NCBI GenBank assembly: GCA_965204755.1
Contig: OZ242011.1
Location: 1,024,001 to 1,088,000 of the forward strand
Direction of reading: 5' to 3'
From: Candidatus Marinacidobacterium sp.
Lineage (GTDB): Bacteria > Acidobacteriota > Vicinamibacteria > Marinacidobacterales > Marinacidobacteraceae
DNA: 64,000 nt
Position numbers and translations under genes: made by a program. Shown piece by piece: positions 17,376 through 27,176 of this stretch (positions are counted from its first letter, which is position 1; every line of letters starts with the position of its first letter). Below the pieces are notes generated by a model. That model saw only the letters and a list, made by a program, of their open reading frames with translations. It was not told the DNA's origin and ran no database searches.

Positions 17376-19790
17376 TCAGAACCGGAAGAGGCGGGTGAAC
17401 TTGACGATGAAACTGCGCTCTTCGAGCGCCGGGTAACCGGGCGAGAGCGTGTCGCGCTGCGAGTTGTACACCACGAACAGGTCGCTGCCCGGCTGGTATT
17501 CCCAGCGGAACCGGATGTTCGTGGAGAGGCTGTCGGCGGCGGTGTTGTATTGGAGGAAGGCGGCGAAGAAACTGCGCGGCGAGAGCGTGTAGTTCACCCG
17601 CGCGGCGAGCAGGCGGGTGTCGTAGTCGCCGCGCGGCAACTCGATCCAGTTCAGGGAAACCAGCGGTTCGAGCGTGAGACGCGGCATCACTTCCACCCGC
17701 CCGCGCCACGCCAGTTCGCGCCGGGTCCCGTCGAAGAAGCCTCCCTGCTGGAAGGCGAAGTTGCCGGAGATCGGCCGCTGCGGGCCGGCCTGGTAACTCA
17801 CGCGGGCGTAGTCGAAGTCGTAGGCGCCGACCGGAACCGCCAGGTCGGCGCCGAGCGCGAAGTCCTCGCTCAGCACTTCCCGGTTCCGGGCGAACCTCAG
17901 GTTCAGGCTGTCGCCGTGTTCGAGTTCCACATCGCTCCGGAGCGAGAAGATGCGGGTTTCGAGCACATTCTCGTTGTCGGTGGTGTAGTCCACGCTGGCG
18001 GTCCCGCCGATCTTCCGCAGCCAGGAGATCGAGTGCGGGCGCGGGCTGAAGCGCGCCTCGGCGTAGTTCCGGCGGAAGTCGCGCCGCCGGAGGAAACCGA
18101 TCCCCGGGTCGAACCTGTCACCGACGACCAGCCGTTCGACCTGCAGGCCGTAGCGGTCGCCGTTGTAGTCCAACTGGCCGAGGTAACTCAGGCCGGTCCG
18201 GTCTTCGAGTTCGTTCTGCGTCCACGCGGCGTAACCGCGCAGGTCGAGGTGCTGGAAGAAACCGAACCGCGCGTCCACGCCTCCGGCGAAGTTCCGGCCG
18301 AGACCGTTCGACGAATCGGAGCGGTAGGTTCCCATCACCCCGACGGTGCTGCGGGCGAGGATGTCGCGCTTCAGGCGGAATACCGAGAAGTCGGTCTGCG
18401 GTTCGCCGCCGGTCCCGTCGGCGGTCAGGTCGGTCGCCCCGGTGCGGATGGCGAGCGCCCCGAGCGTGTAGTCGCCGATCTTCCCGGTGACCCGGCCGCC
18501 GGCGGTGATCGGGACGGCCAAACCCCCCGAGAGCCCGATGCGGCGGCTGAAGAAGAGGACCGGCGTGCTGCTCGGCGGACCGAAACTGCGGGTGGATCCG
18601 GCCGGCGGCGCGCGCGTCGAAGTGCCGAAACCGAAGATGCCCTGCCCTTCGAGGAAGAACTCGCGCTTTTCCGGGAAGAACAGGCTGAACCGGGTGAGGT
18701 TGACCTGCTGGGCGTCCGCTTCCACCTGCGCGAAGTCGGTGTTCCAGGTGAGGTCGGCGGTGAGGCCGCTGGTGATGCCGATCTTGGCGTCGCCGCCGAA
18801 GTCGCCGTGGAAGGTGTTCTCGAACGCGCCTTCGGCGGCGAACGAACCGGCGGAGTCGCCGATCAGGTAGGGCTTGACTTCGAAGGTGCGGCTGCTCGCC
18901 GGGGCGTCGAGGCCGACCAGCGTGCCGGCGGAACTCACCTTCGTGATGGCGCGCGGCCCGAGCGCCGCCGGCACTTTCGTCAGGTAGGAGATCTCGTTCT
19001 TCCAGCGGACGACCCGGCGGAAGTTGATACCCCAGACCTGCGGCCCGCCGCCGGGATAGCGCAGCGTCTTGAACGGGATCGCCATCTCCATCGTCCAGCC
19101 GTCATCGGTGCGCTGCGCGCGGGAATCCCAGACCGCCGTCCAGTCCCGGTTCACATTCCGCTCGTCCACGATGAGCCCGTCGAAGAAACCGCCGACGGGA
19201 TTCATGTAGAAGAAGAAGGCGTTCCGGCGGTCGTAGAAGGTGTCGAAGATGACCGCGAGGTTCTCGTTGTTGAAGATGCCGAAGTTGTCGCGCCGCATCT
19301 CGGTGGCCACCATGCGGTCCGGCTGGCTGTCGTAACACCGCCCGGCGATATAGACGGTGTCGTCGTCGTAGAAGACCCAGACCTCGGTCTGTTCGGTGGC
19401 CGGCTCCCCTTCGAGCGGCAGCGCCTGGATGAAACCGCCCACTCCCGGCACCCGGTCGTAGATGGGATCGTCGAGCCGGCCGTCGAACTCGAACGGGCCT
19501 TCGAGCCGGGCGGCGCGCATGGTGGCGCGGCCGGCCTCGTCGCGCCGCACCATCTCCGGGAGGTCCGGGGGCGCCGGGCCCCGGATGACGATGGTGGGGG
19601 TATCGTCGGGTTCGGTCGGCGCCGTCGACGCCGCGCCGGCGCGGTTCGCGTCGTCGGGAAGCGCCGCCGACGCCTGGTCGGCCTCGCCGCGCTGCTGCGC
19701 GGGCCCGGAGGAAAGGGCGAGGGCCGGCGCCGGCGTTACCACCGCCGCGACGAACGCGAACGCGGCGAGCCGGCGTTTCGAGTGATCCAC
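17376..19790 (-). CDS. CBM9-like/DUF5916 outer-membrane protein, copy 2
   Basis: Motifs DGRLDD, EMAIPFKTLRY, WGINFRR, NTDFAQVEAD, RFSLFFPEKREFFLEG, FFSRRIG; terminal Phe (KFTRLFRF); start placed at the GTG before the signal peptide. Confidence 0.8.
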   Translation of the reverse strand: MDHSKRRLAAFAFVAAVVTPAPALALSSGPAQQRGEADQASAALPDDANRAGAASTAPTEPDDTPTIVIRGPAPPDLPEMVRRDEAGRATMRAARLEGPFEFDGRLDDPIYDRVPGVGGFIQALPLEGEPATEQTEVWVFYDDDTVYIAGRCYDSQPDRMVATEMRRDNFGIFNNENLAVIFDTFYDRRNAFFFYMNPVGGFFDGLIVDERNVNRDWTAVWDSRAQRTDDGWTMEMAIPFKTLRYPGGGPQVWGINFRRVVRWKNEISYLTKVPAALGPRAITKVSSAGTLVGLDAPASSRTFEVKPYLIGDSAGSFAAEGAFENTFHGDFGGDAKIGITSGLTADLTWNTDFAQVEADAQQVNLTRFSLFFPEKREFFLEGQGIFGFGTSTRAPPAGSTRSFGPPSSTPVLFFSRRIGLSGGLAVPITAGGRVTGKIGDYTLGALAIRTGATDLTADGTGGEPQTDFSVFRLKRDILARSTVGVMGTYRSDSSNGLGRNFAGGVDARFGFFQHLDLRGYAAWTQNELEDRTGLSYLGQLDYNGDRYGLQVERLVVGDRFDPGIGFLRRRDFRRNYAEARFSPRPHSISWLRKIGGTASVDYTTDNENVLETRIFSLRSDVELEHGDSLNLRFARNREVLSEDFALGADLAVPVGAYDFDYARVSYQAGPQRPISGNFAFQQGGFFDGTRRELAWRGRVEVMPRLTLEPLVSLNWIELPRGDYDTRLLAARVNYTLSPRSFFAAFLQYNTAADSLSTNIRFRWEYQPGSDLFVVYNSQRDTLSPGYPALEERSFIVKFTRLFRF

Positions 19791-19870
19791 CGGGACGACG
19801 GGATGGGCGGAACGCGGGAGGGCGAGCGCGGCCGCGAACGGCGGACGAACGGCGGCGGAACCGGGCGCGG

Positions 19871-22543
19871 TCAGAACCGGAACAGGCGGGTGAACTTGAC
19901 CACCAGCGTCCGGTCCGTGAGCCCGAGGACTTCCCCGGAGAGCCCGTCGTCCGCTTCCCGGTTCGTGCTGAACACCACGAACAGGTCGCTGCCCGGCGAA
20001 TACTCCCAGCGGTACCGCAGGTTCGCCGACCAGACCTCCGCCGCCGAGTTGTACTGGACGAGCGCGCCGAAGTAACTGCGCGGCGAGATCGTGTAGGAAG
20101 CCCGCACGCGGGCGAGCGTCGTCTGCACTTCGCCCGCCGGGACGCGAATCCAGTTCAGCCCCAGGTTCGGTTCCAGCGCGAGGCGTTCGTGCACCTCGGT
20201 GCGGCCCCAGTAACTCAGTTCCCGCCGGTCGCCGCCGAAGAAGTCGCCGAACTGGTAGCGGAAGTACCCGGAGACCGGCCGGTGCGAACCGAGCCAGTAG
20301 CGGACGCTGCCGCGCGAGAACCGGTATTCCCCGGCGGGAACGCCGACTTCGTCCACCAGGTCGAAACCGTCGAGCAGCCGTTCCTCGGTATGCGAATAGT
20401 CGAAGACCAACCGGTCGCTGCTCTCGAAGATGGTGCGCAGTTCGACCACATACTCGCGGGTCTCCAACTCGCCGTCGGGGCGGTCGTAGTTGGCCGCATC
20501 GACCTTCACCTCGAACTGCCGGATCGCATCGATCCCGGACGGCCGCGGCGCCAACTTGAGACTGCCGGCGGTCTTGACGAAGTCGCGCCGCCGCACGAAA
20601 CCCATACCCGGGTCGAACAGGTCGCCGAGGTAGAGCCGCTCCGCCGAAACCCCGATCAGGTCCGTGTCGTAGCGCACCTGGCCGAGATAACTCGCGTTCT
20701 CGATCCCGCCCCACGACTCGGTGTTCGAGTCGCGCGTCGCCATGTAGAAGGTGTTGATGCGCAGGTGCTCCGTCGGCGCGAAGTTGCCGTCCACGCCGTA
20801 GAGCGTGTTCGGCCCGCCGCTGCCCTCGTCGAAACTGCGGTGCGTGGCGATCACGCCGATGTTGCTGCGCGAGAAGATGTCGCGCTTCACCCGGAACGCG
20901 CTGAAGTTGGTGGCGTCCACGCCGAGGTCGTCCTGCGCCTGCGTCTGGATGTTGAGCAGCCCCATCGAATAGGCGCCGGCGCGTCCGTGGAGCCGGGCGC
21001 CGCCGAGTATGGGCACCGCGCTCGACCCGGAGATCCCGATGGACCGGCTGAAGAAGGGAATGGGAATGTCGGTCGGCCCGCCGAACGCGCGGCTCTCCCG
21101 GCCGCCGAAGTCGAACACGCCCTGCCCTTCGAGGAAGAACTCGCGCTTCTCCGGGAAGAACAGGCTGAACCGGCTCAGGTTGACCTGCGACTCGTCGTCC
21201 TCGACCTGCGCGAAGTCGGTGTTCCAGGTGAGGTCGGCGGTCAGGCCTTCGGTGACCCCGAACTTGAAGTCCGCGCCGAAGTCGCCGGTGAGGTCGTTCG
21301 TCACGCTGTCGAGCGGCCGGTGCGCCTGCCCGCCGATCGCGTAGGGCTTCAACTCCATGCGGCGAGAACCCGGCGGCGCGACGAGCCCCACCAGCGTAGC
21401 CGCTTCGGAGAGGCGCAGCAGCGCGTCGCGGCTGTAGGCCTGCGAAAGCGGCGTGAAGAACGCGCGTTCGTTCTTGTGCTTGATCAGGCGGCGGAAGTTG
21501 ATGCCCCACAGTTGCGCCCCGCCGGAGGCGTAACGGAGCGAGCGGAAGGGGATCCGCATCTCCACGCTCCAACCGCGTTCGGTGGGCGCGCCTTCGGAAT
21601 ACCAGACGGTGTTCCAGTCGCTGTTCGTGTTGCGCTCGTCGGTGACCTGCGCGTCGAAGAGGCCGCCCTGCTCGTTGGTATGGAAGAGGAAACCGTTCCG
21701 CCGGTCGTAGAAGGTGTCGAGGATGACGGAGAAACTGTCCTGCCAGCCGATGTTCCGGTGGTCGCGCCGCATCTCGCCGCCGATGATGCGGTCGCGGCGC
21801 TGTTCCAGGTCGGCGGAGACATAGAGGCTGTCGCGGTCGTAGAAGACCCAGACGCGCGTGGGTTCGGAGACGGGCGCGCCTTCGAGGGGCTCCTGCTGGA
21901 GGAATCCCTCGGCGGCGGGGACTTCGTCGTACACCGGGTCGTCGAGGACGCCGTCCACGGTGACCCCTTCCGCGAGCGGCCAGGCGCGCAAGGTGACCCG
22001 CCCGTCGTCACTCCGCCGCGCCGACTCCCCGGCGGCGGGCGCCGGCGGGCCGAGGATGCGCCGGGCGAGGGATTCCGGGGGCGGCGGCGGGCGGTCGTCC
22101 GCGACCCGGCCGGCGCCGCGGTCGAGGTCGTCGCGGCCGCGGTCGAGTTCGTCGCCGCCCTGGGGCTCGTTGTCCGGGGCGTCCCGGTCCAAGTCGGCAG
22201 TGGCCGCGGCAGCCTCGGCCGCCAAGGCGAAGTCACCCGGAGCGAAGTCCGACGGAGCCCGCCGGGGCCGTTCGGAGTCGCTCGCCCCGTCCCGCTCTTC
22301 CCCCGCCGAACCCGGCGAGGCCGCGACCGCGGCGAACAGCCCGACCAGCGCGGCGGCCGCCGCCCGCCGCGGCGCGAGGGACGGCCGGGTCGGGCGGCCG
22401 GCGGGCCGGACCGGAAAGTCCCCGGGGAAGTCGTCGGAGAAGTCGCCCGGGAAGTCGCCGGGGCGCACCGATCCCGTAACGCGGAGGGAGGATGGCGCCC
22501 GCCGGGGGCGCGCGGAGAACCGGAACAACGGAGCGCTGGCCAA
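19871..22543 (-). CDS. CBM9-like/DUF5916 outer-membrane protein, copy 1 (start uncertain)
   Basis: Same motifs as the downstream paralogue (EMRIPFRSLRY, NTDFAQVEDD, RFSLFFPEKREFFLEG, KFTRLFRF). Confidence 0.8.
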   Translation of the reverse strand: MASAPLFRFSARPRRAPSSLRVTGSVRPGDFPGDFSDDFPGDFPVRPAGRPTRPSLAPRRAAAAALVGLFAAVAASPGSAGEERDGASDSERPRRAPSDFAPGDFALAAEAAAATADLDRDAPDNEPQGGDELDRGRDDLDRGAGRVADDRPPPPPESLARRILGPPAPAAGESARRSDDGRVTLRAWPLAEGVTVDGVLDDPVYDEVPAAEGFLQQEPLEGAPVSEPTRVWVFYDRDSLYVSADLEQRRDRIIGGEMRRDHRNIGWQDSFSVILDTFYDRRNGFLFHTNEQGGLFDAQVTDERNTNSDWNTVWYSEGAPTERGWSVEMRIPFRSLRYASGGAQLWGINFRRLIKHKNERAFFTPLSQAYSRDALLRLSEAATLVGLVAPPGSRRMELKPYAIGGQAHRPLDSVTNDLTGDFGADFKFGVTEGLTADLTWNTDFAQVEDDESQVNLSRFSLFFPEKREFFLEGQGVFDFGGRESRAFGGPTDIPIPFFSRSIGISGSSAVPILGGARLHGRAGAYSMGLLNIQTQAQDDLGVDATNFSAFRVKRDIFSRSNIGVIATHRSFDEGSGGPNTLYGVDGNFAPTEHLRINTFYMATRDSNTESWGGIENASYLGQVRYDTDLIGVSAERLYLGDLFDPGMGFVRRRDFVKTAGSLKLAPRPSGIDAIRQFEVKVDAANYDRPDGELETREYVVELRTIFESSDRLVFDYSHTEERLLDGFDLVDEVGVPAGEYRFSRGSVRYWLGSHRPVSGYFRYQFGDFFGGDRRELSYWGRTEVHERLALEPNLGLNWIRVPAGEVQTTLARVRASYTISPRSYFGALVQYNSAAEVWSANLRYRWEYSPGSDLFVVFSTNREADDGLSGEVLGLTDRTLVVKFTRLFRF

Positions 22544-22736
22544 GAGCCGCCGGCCGCAGGAGTGACTCGCCCGGAAGCGGCGGGAGTCTAGCCGTCCCCG
22601 CCGCGTTCCCGCGCCGGGGAAACGGAGTCCCGGAGCCGCTCACAGCGGCGCGCTGTCCCCGGCGCGGGCCGGGTCGGCGGGTCGGGCTCCATCGGGCTCG
22701 GTGGGTCCGTTCCGGGAGACGCGGAGGCCCCGCCGG

Positions 22737-23160
22737 AAAGACACAGGCTCGCGATCCGAAAAACACAGGCTCATGCCGGAAAGACACAGGCTCGACCAAA
22801 GACACAGGCTCCCGCGGCCAAAGACACAGGCTTCCGAAGAATCGGCGGTCTGCCCACCTGCGCCCGCCGCACGCTCGTGAGCCGTCCCATCGGCGCAAGA
22901 GATGCCGTTGTTCGGGCCTCCATGCGCGTTCGGGCCGCGTCCACCTCCCGGAACCGCGCCCTGCGCCGTTCCCCGGAGCGCCACCCCGCCGCACGCGTCC
23001 CAAGTCATATAACTGTAACTAAATCAAGGAGTTAGAATACAAAAACACAGGCTGCCGACCTAAAGACACAGGCTAAAGACACAGGCTCGCGGTCGAAAAA
23101 CACAGGCTAAAGACACAGGCTCGACCCAAAGACACAGGCTCCCCGCCGAAAGACACAGGG
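22737..23160 (+). repeat. Array of 12 direct repeats AAA(G/A)ACACAGGCT in two clusters (5 + 7)
   Basis: Copies start at 22737, 22759, 22780, 22798, 22820 and 23041, 23062, 23075, 23096, 23109, 23128, 23149; the last copy has GGG in place of GGC. Confidence 0.95.
23022..23034 (+). promoter_or_regulatory. IHF-consensus binding site
   Basis: AATCAAGGAGTTA matches WATCAANNNNTTR exactly, within a strongly AT-rich patch (about 23001-23045). Confidence 0.65.
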
Positions 23161-23265
23161 TCCGACCTGCCGGAAGCGGGCGCGAGAGTCGCCCCGGACC
23201 GGCCTCCCGGCCGACCTCCGCGCGGCGGGAGGGCCGCATCCGGTATCGTCGGCAGCGGCGAACCC

Positions 23266-24330
23266 ATGTCTCGCGGAGAGTCCGAACGGCGGCCATCGGA
23301 GGAGGCGCTTTCCTCGGAGCCGGTAGAGACCGGGACGCAGCAGCCACCGAAGCCGGCGTCGGGGATTCCGGGCGCGCTCCGCCGGCTCGGAGGCGGCATC
23401 GCGGATCGGTGGCGACGAGTCGGCGGCCTGTCCGGTCTGCTGGCGCCGGTGGCCGACGGCGCCCGTTGGCTCTACCGGAACCGCAGCCGCATCGCCACCG
23501 GAGTCCGCCGGTTCGGCGAAGTCCTGGTGGCGATCCTGAAGACCGCCGCCCGCGTCGGCGCCGTCCTCGTCCGGATGGGCGAGGCGCTGGCCCGTCTCGA
23601 AGAGCAGCGCGCGGCCAAACCGATCGGGCCGGGCCGGAAACGAGCCGCCCGCGCCGGCGCCGGCCTCTCCCGATTCGGACGACGACTCGACGACTTCGGC
23701 CGGGGCCTGCTCCCGGTGGCGGACGGCATCGAGGACATCGGTGAACACCTCGAGAGCGCCGCCCCCGGAGACGCCACCCCCCTGCCCCCGGCGCTGCCGG
23801 ATCCGACGCCTCCCGCCGCTCCGTCCCGAGCGTCCGAGCGGGCGCCCGACCCCGCGCCCCCGCCTGCACCCCGGAAGGCCGGGACCGCTCCCGCGGGCCG
23901 CGTTTCCTCCCCGCCGCCGGCGAGTCCCGAAGCCGCGCCCGCTGTCGAGCCGCGCGCCCCCGAACCGGCCGCGCCGCCACCCGCGGCCGCCGAGCGCCCG
24001 CGTCCCGCCCCGAAGTCCGCCACCACCCGACCGAAGACACCGCGCGCCCCCGTCGCCGACGACCCGGCGGCGGCCCTCCCGGAGGAGTTGCTCACCCGCA
24101 TCCGCGGACTCCGCCGGCGCCCCGGCCGCGCCACGATGGAGACCCTCATCGAAGACATCTGCCGCGCCCGCGAGTGGAGCACCACCGCCGAACTCTCCGC
24201 CATCCTCGGCCGGGATTCCCGCAGTCTGAACCGGACCTACCTCAAACCCATGGCCGCCGCCGGCCGCCTCGTCCGCCGCTACCCGGACCGATTCAGCCAC
24301 CCCGACCAGGCCTTCCGGGCCGCGAAGTGA
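23266..24330 (+). CDS. Hypothetical protein: amphipathic N-terminal helices, Pro/Ala linker, C-terminal winged-helix (Fic-like C-terminal type)
   Basis: C-terminus LIEDICRAREWSTTAELSAILGRDSRSLNRTYLKPMAAAGRLVRRYPDRFSHPDQAFRA resembles the wHTH tail of Fic and AlbA_2-HATPase proteins (YLxP...G.L...PD.P..P.Q.Y). Confidence 0.7.
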   Translation: MSRGESERRPSEEALSSEPVETGTQQPPKPASGIPGALRRLGGGIADRWRRVGGLSGLLAPVADGARWLYRNRSRIATGVRRFGEVLVAILKTAARVGAVLVRMGEALARLEEQRAAKPIGPGRKRAARAGAGLSRFGRRLDDFGRGLLPVADGIEDIGEHLESAAPGDATPLPPALPDPTPPAAPSRASERAPDPAPPPAPRKAGTAPAGRVSSPPPASPEAAPAVEPRAPEPAAPPPAAAERPRPAPKSATTRPKTPRAPVADDPAAALPEELLTRIRGLRRRPGRATMETLIEDICRAREWSTTAELSAILGRDSRSLNRTYLKPMAAAGRLVRRYPDRFSHPDQAFRAAK

Positions 24331-24672
24331 CGCCTCGACGAGAACGGCGCCTACGCCTGCCCCCCGCCCCGTTCTCGCTGCTTTTCCGGGAGACCCGCTT
24401 CGTGCTATATACGATTCTTGGCGTGCGCTCCCGTCCCGCCGGCGGTCCCGCGCCCGAAGGCGACCACGCCCCGACCGGCGGAGCGGTGGCGTCGGGCTCC
24501 GCCTCCCGGCCGCGCTCGGGCATGATGGTTTCTGTCGTGCTCCCGGAGAAGAATCCCCGTATCGCGCCCTTCGGCTCCCTCCGCGGGCGCGACCCCGCCG
24601 ATGTCCCGCACTTCTCTCTTCTGCCCCCCTGCGGCGAGTCCCTTCGTCCGCTTCGAGTCGGGTAAGTCGCCG

Positions 24673-25761
24673 ATGACCCGAACCGTGGAACGCTCGCTCG
24701 ACCCGGCGGCGCGCTTTCGCTTCATCGACCTCTTCGCCGGCATCGGCGGCATGCGCCGCGGCTTCGAAACGGCAGGCGGCCGGTGCGTGTTCACGAGCGA
24801 GTGGAACCGTTTCGCCCAGCAGACCTACGCCGCCAACCACGATTGCGACCACCCGCTCGTCGGTGACATCCGCGCCGTGGACAGCGAGGACATTCCCCCG
24901 CACGACCTTCTGTTGGCCGGCTTTCCGTGCCAACCCTTCTCCATCGCGGGCGTCTCGAAGAAGAACGCCCTGAACCGCCCTCACGGTTTCCGCTGCGAAG
25001 TCCAGGGAACACTCTTCTTCGAGATCGCCCGCATCCTTCGACACCACCGTCCGGCCGCATTCCTTCTCGAGAATGTCAAGAATCTCCTGAACCACGACCG
25101 CGGCCGCACCTTCGAGATCATCAAGACGACACTCGAAAAGGACTTGGGCTACACCGTCTCCTGCCGGGTCATCGACGCCCGCTCGTTCGTGCCCCAGCAC
25201 CGCGAACGAGTCTTCATCGCCGGATTCCGTGAGCCGACCCCCTTCTCGCTGGACGAGATGGCATTGCCTCCCCCGAACCGCGGTCCCCGCCTCCGGGAAG
25301 TGCTTCATCCGGAAGCCGGCCTCGAACCCGCGGAGCCTCCGTACACGGTCGGGCCCAAGGCACGCGTCTCGTCGCGGTACACGCTGACACCGCACCTCTG
25401 GACCTACCTCCAACAGTACGCCGAAAAGCACCGAAGCAAGGGGAACGGCTTCGGCTACGGCCTGGTCGGTCGCGGAGATGTCAGCCGGACGCTCTCCGCG
25501 CGTTACTACAAGGATGGCTCGGAAATCCTGGTCCGCCGGCCCGGTCCCGCCGCCCCGCGTCGCCTCACCCCCAGAGAGTGCGCTCGGCTGATGGGCTTCG
25601 ACCGGCCAGGGCGACCTCCTTTCGAGATCCCGGTCTCTGACACCCAAGCGTATCGCCAGTTCGGAAACGCCGTCGTCGTACCGGTAGTCGAGGCCGTGGC
25701 GCACCAAATGGTTCCACACCTCACCGGCATCGTCGCCGGGGCGGCGCGGCGTGTCGCCTGA
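24673..25761 (+). CDS. dcm: C5-cytosine DNA methyltransferase, Dcm/M.EcoRII-like (start 24601 or 24673)
   Basis: Motifs [58 protein letters not shown]. Confidence 0.93.
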   Translation: MTRTVERSLDPAARFRFIDLFAGIGGMRRGFETAGGRCVFTSEWNRFAQQTYAANHDCDHPLVGDIRAVDSEDIPPHDLLLAGFPCQPFSIAGVSKKNALNRPHGFRCEVQGTLFFEIARILRHHRPAAFLLENVKNLLNHDRGRTFEIIKTTLEKDLGYTVSCRVIDARSFVPQHRERVFIAGFREPTPFSLDEMALPPPNRGPRLREVLHPEAGLEPAEPPYTVGPKARVSSRYTLTPHLWTYLQQYAEKHRSKGNGFGYGLVGRGDVSRTLSARYYKDGSEILVRRPGPAAPRRLTPRECARLMGFDRPGRPPFEIPVSDTQAYRQFGNAVVVPVVEAVAHQMVPHLTGIVAGAARRVA

Positions 25762-25810
25762 TTCCAGCGTCACCTGATGATCGCCACCCGCCGTCTCCCG
25801 AGTTAACCCG

Positions 25811-27082
25811 ATGTCCAACGCGCATCGTCTCCGCCGATGGATCGAGTCCGCCGCCACGGCACGGATCATCTACGCCAAGAGACTCTCCGGGAACGACACC
25901 TTGGCAAACGGCGCCAATCAGGCCGGACTCTATGTGAGCAAACCAGTCGCCTTCGACATCGCGCCATCCGTCGACACCGTGGACAAGGAGAACCCCAAGT
26001 CGTGGTTTCCGCTGACCATCGTGTCGCACGGCCTGCCTCAACGCGCTGTCGTGCTCACTTACTACAACAGCAAACGTATTTCCGAATCCAGGGACAGCGA
26101 CAAGGAGACGGAGGAGGAGGGGAAGAAGAAGACGAAGAGAGACGAGGTGCGAATAACCCGTTTCGGCGGCAGGAACTCGCCGCTTCTGAACCCGGACAGT
26201 ACCGGGGCATTGGCCATCTTTGCCTTTTTCCAATCCGGATCCGACCTGCGCTCCGAGGTTTGGGTCTGCCACCGTGAGGCCGAGGAGGAAATCGCCGAGG
26301 AGTGGCTCGGCATGGTTGATCCGGGGCGCACCGTTCTGTTCTACCCGGAGTCCGGGCTCCCGGTCATCCCTCAGCGAGTTGGAAAGTGCCGATTCTCGTC
26401 GGGCGAACTACCCCTTGCCTGGCGCGAGGCCTATCCGTCCGGCGAGGACATAGTCGCCAAGACGCTGGAGATTCTCCCGACCACGGCAGGTGACGCCGAC
26501 AAGCGCCTGCTGCGACGGCGACAGTGCGAGTTGGAGATCTTCGAGAGCATTCAGGAGGCGATCGAACTTCCGAGGGTGAAAGCCGGCTTCGACGGCTTGG
26601 GGCCGTTCCTGCAATGCGCGATGAGCATCGTCAACAGGCGCAAGTCCCGCAGCGGTCGGTCGCTCGAACTCCAAGTGCGGCAGATCCTGCTGGAGAGCGG
26701 ATTCGTTCAGGGTGAGCACTTCGACCACGATGTGATCTCCGAGGGTTCGAGCCGTCCCGACTTCGTGTTCCCGTCGCAAGCCGCGTACTCGAATCCTCGA
26801 TACGCGGAAAGCGATCTGCGGATGCTGGCGGTAAAGACTACCTGTCGCGATCGCTGGCGCCAGATCTTGACCGAAGCTCACCGCATCTCGTGCAAGCATC
26901 TGCTCACGCTGCAACGGGGCGTCAGCGAGAATCAATTCCGACAGATTCAGGAGGCGCGCGTCCGCCTCGTTGTGCCCGAGGATCTTCACAAGAGATATCT
27001 CGCCTCGATACGGCCTCACCTCCTGACGCTCGAAAAGTTTTTGAAGTCTTTGGGCTCGCTCCTCAATATCCCCGCTCGTTAG
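25811..27082 (+). CDS. EcoRII-family type II restriction endonuclease
   Basis: N-domain YAKRLSGNDT...NQAG; C-domain NRRKSRSGRSLE, RPDFVFP, KTTCRDRWRQILTEA, KHLLTLQ. Confidence 0.88.
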   Translation: MSNAHRLRRWIESAATARIIYAKRLSGNDTLANGANQAGLYVSKPVAFDIAPSVDTVDKENPKSWFPLTIVSHGLPQRAVVLTYYNSKRISESRDSDKETEEEGKKKTKRDEVRITRFGGRNSPLLNPDSTGALAIFAFFQSGSDLRSEVWVCHREAEEEIAEEWLGMVDPGRTVLFYPESGLPVIPQRVGKCRFSSGELPLAWREAYPSGEDIVAKTLEILPTTAGDADKRLLRRRQCELEIFESIQEAIELPRVKAGFDGLGPFLQCAMSIVNRRKSRSGRSLELQVRQILLESGFVQGEHFDHDVISEGSSRPDFVFPSQAAYSNPRYAESDLRMLAVKTTCRDRWRQILTEAHRISCKHLLTLQRGVSENQFRQIQEARVRLVVPEDLHKRYLASIRPHLLTLEKFLKSLGSLLNIPAR

Positions 27083-27176
27083 TCGTGGGGCTCCTGTCAC
27101 GGCAGCCACGCGACAGGCCCGTCTCTTGACAACTCCTGCCGAACGGCGACCTCACCCGCTCGCAACACGGATCACC

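Noticed and set aside
17376-21572. 1398-aa giant ORF
   Set aside because: The portion upstream of about 19790 overlaps the other DUF5916 paralogue in a different frame; it is a stop-free GC artefact.
22492-23022. ORF encoding KDTG peptide repeats across the array
   Set aside because: Repeat spacings are not consistently multiples of 3, and the translation shows no protein-like character.
23001-23045. oriC or dif site in the AT-rich patch
   Set aside because: No DnaA boxes seen, and the sequence does not fit the 11-6-11 XerC/XerD layout.
22737-23160. CRISPR array
   Set aside because: Repeats are only 13 bp with 0-9 bp spacers, and no cas genes are present.
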